Below are positions 60,201 to 64,000 of a stretch of DNA of 64,000 nucleotides, piece after piece. Under the pieces are notes generated by a model. The model was given only the letters and a program-made list of their open reading frames with translations. It was not told the origin of the DNA and did no database searches. Numbering within the stretch: position 1 is the stretch's first letter; every line of letters begins with the position of its first letter. The position numbers and the translations under genes were made by a program. Origin of the DNA: Candidatus Cloacimonadales bacterium (GTDB lineage Bacteria > Cloacimonadota > Cloacimonadia > Cloacimonadales > JAIOQZ01); contig OY771587.1 of the NCBI GenBank assembly GCA_963674825.1, positions 2,240,001 through 2,304,000 of the forward strand. The letters run 5' to 3'.

Positions 60201-60440
60201 AGTTTGGGGATCATCATCCTGCTGGAACTCCGCGAGGATCACCAGCAGCTTGTTGTTGGCACGTAACGAAGGTTGAGCCTTCTGGATTCCACCGCCCATG
60301 AGCTTCTCAATGGGGTGGACACGGACTTCCTGGTTACGCGCTTTCTTGCCTTGAATGCTGATCCTGCCTTCGTTAGCCGAGAGGCAGGCTACCGACAATA
60401 ATACAGTGATGGCAAGCGCCAGAGAAATTGTGCGACGCAT
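57216..60440 (-). CDS. M6 (immune inhibitor A-like) metalloprotease with a T9SS-type C-terminal sorting domain
   Basis: Signal peptide; VIHAG, HEFGHTLGFVDLY (HExxHxxGxxD), WDIMDSG Met-turn, YLLIENRQ; C-terminal AYPNP...IYNIAG..V...AGMYF. Confidence 0.85.
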   Translation of the reverse strand: MRRTISLALAITVLLSVACLSANEGRISIQGKKARNQEVRVHPIEKLMGGGIQKAQPSLRANNKLLVILAEFQQDDDPQTTGDGTFVLEDPDYPLTIGAPPHNHAYFEKVMESVRYYYQEVSQGYYDLDCDIYPQDGTFYTLPHEMTYYNPPGASSSLMLSRFEEYFRDVLQTADTDPNVVFSDYGHYMVIHAGADWQHDVLGNTPGDLPSFFITIGDGKEVSVDDGAKEIKHLCNVPETITQDTSTYTDGGLVYHDGYGVTNSVTAHEFGHTLGFVDLYNTYNYRPAVGYWDIMDSGGSTVLTMGADEDEDGVLDNVYLIEGGIPALPGAFHKELVWEEEFRAAGLLKDITEFDLSEPIEVIAAGKRYDGSIGSNQAYIVKVPLSETEYLLIENRQTNHDDDGPTVLVGDNGEDSQVILYPTGDDDPNNTADEYDYALPDWVDRDNNSYGGGLIIWHVDDQIIYNEGYYESDGEFVSNYTANTVNTRYSERGVYIIEADGLEDIGNVYSLYWQGTVYDPYFKYKPMLDINGFFTGWDIEKYNDELSATSKPALMTNTGEPSMFSIYDIDSEHYYRPFHIPPEIVSFRFKVQAFDQTSYVPFVEIDSVTAIGGAGLSSFLPNSTISEFPVFSRNGVNVISHLHDGGSLDEWQDLLTKIPTDFTVTQTPLTIDYDLDGYDEYIAPSGNTFHVIKTPEILQSITLTGDIISKPMPLDEDGIDSYLVSTDQFLYKFTQDAPESIALNTDKLTADEEYIYAFESGMLNMINYHDHFNVTDQVRLPFSETDYEPVVFSDTVNVARSAVFMMSNEGNLYKIKDGSFTQIFEIYPYTSASVTNLSIGSPMDDGKVYLFFGAGNYVFAIDTEGVMADGFPLKLEDLTLQPTGYPVLVDFKGESIALMPAKDHGYYAVNMEGTYIPYYSLCWNGISGFDFFHWEKELSRLNYIYSEFRDDTCRIGIASIDEVYENPIEWAGYRNAGTGCYRGTITYNPSDETHFSAIAYPNPVRQGQMRVKVEGATENIKLKIYNIAGSLVFERNYEPDESIRLDTRRMSAGMYFGQVESGGHRKTIKFGIEK

Positions 60441-60448
60441 GGATTCCC

Positions 60449-61546
60449 TTAGAATTCAAGCCGAAGCGAGAAGGTTTTCTGGTAATCCTGCAGTTCACCG
60501 CCCTGTTCCATGGCGAAGTCAACATTGATCTTATAACGACTGCTCCATTCAAAGCCGAGGCCAGCACCGAATGAAGGACCAGTCATTGAGCCGGCTATAT
60601 CCTGATAGTATCCAGCGCGAAGAGCGAGGATATCGTAATAGATGTATTCAACACCATACTTGCGGATGATTTCTTTCATTTCCTGGCTGGATGAGTCGTC
60701 GCTCCAGGCAGAGAACATACGAGTGAGGACATCGTCGTCATTTGCCAGCAGTTTGTTCCATTCCGCGTTGAGGGTGAGTTTGTTGATTTTGGATTCGAGC
60801 AGTCGGTAAGAGAGACCGAAGCACCAGTTCATCGGAAGCGGATCAGCTTGCGATTCGTTGATGTAGGTAATGTCGGGACCGATGTTCTGGAGAACCCATG
60901 CATAATCAAGCTTGGAGAGGTACCACCAGAGGCTCTGCCATTCTGGTTCGCCTTCGCCGTAAGGACGAAGTGTGTGCTTGATACCAACATCGAATGCCCA
61001 GCTGGTTCCCTGACCTTTCTGCTGTTCTTCGGTTTCGCCAGTACCTTCGGGCGCGAGATCGCTATAGATGAATTTCAGCGATGCGCCAAGACCGAGTTGG
61101 TCGTAAAGTTCGTAAGCATAGCTGGGTCCAAGTGCGATTTCATAACTGTGGAATGAACCCAGGTCTTGCTGGTTTTCGTCGGTACGCTGTTGCTTACCGT
61201 AGGTCATATAAACAATATTGAAACCAATATTGCCGAGATCTTCAAAGTACTGGTTCCAGCCGAGGTACATGTGATACATGTCGTCGATGCCTTCGGTATC
61301 GCCAAACCAGTTGGTTGCGTTGACCGCGATCTGTGTTTTACGGTTGAACGCCATTGCGCCAGGATTCCAGAAAGGCGCGTATGCGTCGTCAACCATCGCG
61401 ATGTAGGCTCCGCCCATACCACCGGCTCTCGAGCCGGGTTGAATGAGTAAGAAGATCACTCCCGCTTCTGATACCGCGCTGAGTGCGAGGGGCAGGAAAA
61501 GCGCGATAAGCAATAAGGATATTACTCCCGTCTTTCTTGATATCAT
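60449..61546 (-). CDS. porV: PorV/PorQ family outer-membrane barrel
   Basis: FLLI.PGSRAGGMG, D.YA.FWNPG, NIGP.I.Y......DPLP, LRAGY, terminal ..LEF. Confidence 0.8.
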   Translation of the reverse strand: MISRKTGVISLLLIALFLPLALSAVSEAGVIFLLIQPGSRAGGMGGAYIAMVDDAYAPFWNPGAMAFNRKTQIAVNATNWFGDTEGIDDMYHMYLGWNQYFEDLGNIGFNIVYMTYGKQQRTDENQQDLGSFHSYEIALGPSYAYELYDQLGLGASLKFIYSDLAPEGTGETEEQQKGQGTSWAFDVGIKHTLRPYGEGEPEWQSLWWYLSKLDYAWVLQNIGPDITYINESQADPLPMNWCFGLSYRLLESKINKLTLNAEWNKLLANDDDVLTRMFSAWSDDSSSQEMKEIIRKYGVEYIYYDILALRAGYYQDIAGSMTGPSFGAGLGFEWSSRYKINVDFAMEQGGELQDYQKTFSLRLEF

Positions 61547-61670
61547 TTCTAAACCTCCAGAAAGTATTTGAACCAGAACATTACCTGTGGAAAATCAGGT
61601 GTTTATTTGAGGCAGGCGGAGATAATAAGTTGTAAACAAGAATTTTCGATCGATCCTCCGAAAAAAATTA

Positions 61671-61758
61671 TGGTGCCGAAGGCCGGACTCGAACCGGCAC
61701 GCCGCAAAACGGCGGTGGATTTTGAGTCCACTGCGTCTACCAGTTTCACCACTTCGGC
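61671..61758 (-). tRNA. tRNA-Leu (anticodon CAA)
   Basis: GCCGAAG acceptor stem, GTGGA-CT-CAA-AA-TCCAC anticodon arm, long variable arm, GGTTCGAGTCC T-loop, encoded CCA. Confidence 0.97.
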
Positions 61759-62120
61759 ATGCATCAGGAAACAGACTCAGAATGCACCGCACTGTGTCAA
61801 GATATTTCTCTGCGATATAGCGTTTCAAATAACGGCTCCACGCAGTTGCCGTCTCTTACTTACTGCCAATGTAACGGAAGCTCTATTCCGATGTTACATC
61901 GCACATGCATTACAGTTTGATAATTGCCTCAAATAATCCGTCAAGGAAATATTTGGTTAATTTGTTTGCGCGCAATCTTGTAGGAAGCATTCACCGCGTG
62001 TTCTCGGTTGTCGATGTTATTGCGCTGAATGTTGATATCGTGCGTTCGACGGGGAAATAGCGGATTTGTCTGAGGGACGATATTCATTTATCTTATTAGT
62101 ATCTGAAATATTGAACGGAA

Positions 62121-63320
62121 GTGAAGATGAAAGGAGCAAATCCCTGTAAGCTAACAATTCAGGCGTGGATTGAGAGTATCCCGATTGCCACTTTGGCGGT
62201 CATGAGCGAAGGCGCAGTTCTGGCAGTGAATGAACCGGCGGCAATCATGGGTTTTCGTGAGGAAAGCCATATATCAGACTTCCTACCATTCAACCATCCA
62301 TCGTTGATTGAGGCGAGCATGACACAGGCGTTCGATTCGAATGAGCGCGTTGTGATCCAGGTATTCCACGCATTGGATCACCAGGAATACGACATTGCTT
62401 TTTCGCCTTTTAAAAGCGCTGATCTTGAAGTCTGCATCGTTGTAATCACGCGGAGCCACAAGTCCGGAGAGACGATGGAGCGCTTGGAAGCAGGGCATAA
62501 ATTTATCACAATGGGAAGGCTTTCAGCGGGTGTGCTTCATGATATCCGTTCACCGGTGCAATATATCAGCGATAATATTCGCTTCGTACGCGAATCAGTG
62601 TCGGACATTGTTCGTTTTATACAGGCTGTACGAGACTTTGTCTCACAGGACGAAGAGAGCCTTCTGGCGCAACGATTCGCTAAGATTCTGTCGGAAGGCG
62701 ATATCGATTATCTGCTGTCAGAGATACCTCCAGCGCTTGGAGAATCACAGGAAGGGATACGTCAGGTGCGAAACATACTTGACGCAATGAAAAAGTTTTC
62801 ACATCCTGGATTGGATAAAAAAGAAATGGTCAATCTCAACGATACGATCGAAAGCGCGCTAACGATTACTCACAGTGAGTGGAAGAGCGTTGCCGAAATG
62901 AAAACGAATCTCGATCCTGCACTGCCCAAGATTCCTATTTACAGCGATGAGATGAATCAGGTACTTCTCAACCTGATTGTTAATGCTACGCATGCGGTGC
63001 AGGAAAAGAAGGACGTGACTGGCGAAAACGGCATTATCACGATCACGACCAAACACCGCGACCGCGAAGTTGTCCTTTGGGTCAGCGATACTGGCGCAGG
63101 AATGCCCAGATCGATTCTCGCGAAGATCTTTCAGCCTTTTTTCACTACGAAGAAGCCTGGTGACGGAACCGGGCAGGGACTAGCTCTGGTTCACTCCATC
63201 ATCGTGGAAAAGCATGGCGGGACGATCAGCGTACTATCAGAACCGGGGTCGGGAGCGGTTTTCGAGATCCACCTGCCGACAACTGATCTGGATAAGCTCC
63301 AAGATGGCAAAGGAGTATGA
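62121..63320 (+). CDS. Cytoplasmic PAS sensor histidine kinase (NtrB-like)
   Basis: H-box GVLHDIRSP, NLIVNA, DTGAG, FQPFFTTK, GTGQGL. Confidence 0.92.
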   Translation: MKMKGANPCKLTIQAWIESIPIATLAVMSEGAVLAVNEPAAIMGFREESHISDFLPFNHPSLIEASMTQAFDSNERVVIQVFHALDHQEYDIAFSPFKSADLEVCIVVITRSHKSGETMERLEAGHKFITMGRLSAGVLHDIRSPVQYISDNIRFVRESVSDIVRFIQAVRDFVSQDEESLLAQRFAKILSEGDIDYLLSEIPPALGESQEGIRQVRNILDAMKKFSHPGLDKKEMVNLNDTIESALTITHSEWKSVAEMKTNLDPALPKIPIYSDEMNQVLLNLIVNATHAVQEKKDVTGENGIITITTKHRDREVVLWVSDTGAGMPRSILAKIFQPFFTTKKPGDGTGQGLALVHSIIVEKHGGTISVLSEPGSGAVFEIHLPTTDLDKLQDGKGV

Positions 63321-63324
63321 GGTT

Positions 63325-64000
63325 ATGACAAATCGCATCCTTTTCGTGGATGATGAACCCAGAGTACTTGATGGCCTTCGTCGCAGCCTGCGTTCGAAAA
63401 GAAAGGACTGGCAACTCTCCTTTGTGTCATCGGGAGCAGAAGCGCTCGAGAAGATCGAGAAAGAACCATTCGATATATTGATATCCGATATCAAGATGCC
63501 GAACATGAATGGTGTCGAGCTCTTGAAAGAGGTATCAGAACGAAAACCAGAGATGGTACGTATCATTCTCACGGGATACGCAGAGCAGGATCTCTCGATG
63601 AAAGCGGTGAAGATTGCTCATCAATACCTAACCAAGCCCTGTGAATCCGACCATCTGATCGGAATTATCACTCAAGTGCTGAATCTTCGAAAGCTAATGC
63701 GAAACGAGAAGGTTATAAGTCTTGTTTCCAGCATGAGAACGATCCCGAGTCTGCCGAAATTCTATCAAGAGCTTTTACAAGAACTCGAACGGCAGGATAC
63801 ATCGATAAAACGCGTGAGTGAGATTATAAGCAAGGATATGGGAATGAGCGCAAAAATCCTGCATGTGGTCAATTCGCCGTTTTTCAGTACATACCGAACC
63901 GTATCGAATCCTCTTCAGGCAGTAAGCTTACTTGGACTCAACACCATACGAAATCTGGCTCTGACCATTCACCTGTTTCAAGCTTACGAGAACAAGACGT
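63325..64000 (+). CDS. Response regulator, REC + HDOD (runs off the window end)
   Basis: Manual translation MTNRILFVDDEP...ISDIKMP...LTG...TKP, then IPSLP...IISKD.GMSAKIL.VVNSPFF...AVSLLG. Confidence 0.88.
   Translation, partial: MTNRILFVDDEPRVLDGLRRSLRSKRKDWQLSFVSSGAEALEKIEKEPFDILISDIKMPNMNGVELLKEVSERKPEMVRIILTGYAEQDLSMKAVKIAHQYLTKPCESDHLIGIITQVLNLRKLMRNEKVISLVSSMRTIPSLPKFYQELLQELERQDTSIKRVSEIISKDMGMSAKILHVVNSPFFSTYRTVSNPLQAVSLLGLNTIRNLALTIHLFQAYENKT

Noticed and set aside
61671..62120. tRNA-Leu as an island integration site
   Set aside because: No integrase and no duplicated tRNA 3' end in the window; the neighbours look like resident genes.
1..64000. CRISPR array, rRNA, IS/integrase or prophage
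   Set aside because: No regularly spaced direct repeats, rRNA-like tracts, or transposase, recombinase or phage structural motifs were seen. The CI-like repressor is flanked by DNA-repair genes, not phage genes.

Overview
A 64 kb, mostly core-genome window from a diderm anaerobe. The gene content (PorV, FlgD/T9SS-type C-terminal sorting domains, FTCD/HutH, DUF342, archaeal-type geranylgeranyl reductase) suggests the FCB group, most likely Ca. Cloacimonadota; this is an inference. Housekeeping genes include uvrA, rpmE, prfA, purA, hemW, lepB, recJ, secD/secF, coaD and tRNA-Leu(CAA). No CRISPR array, rRNA, transposase or integrase was seen. Highlights: (1) an XRE-S24 (LexA/CI-like) repressor with a 16-bp dyad GTTNCA-N4-TGNAAC found twice in its own promoter and once over the uvrA promoter, a candidate new SOS box; (2) an AT-rich three-gene island (GHKL kinase, DUF4325 STAS-like, PIN nuclease) whose kinase is split by a one-base loss in a T run; (3) an unannotated ferredoxin coupled to an archaeal-type geranylgeranyl reductase, a CTP-dependent isoprenol kinase and a polyprenol-phosphate glycosyltransferase; (4) an operon of porV, an M6 protease with a sorting domain and three paralogous DUF5683-like membrane proteins; (5) a HutH-family lyase with Ala-Cys-Gly at the MIO site. 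All functional calls come from motif recognition only; no searches were run.
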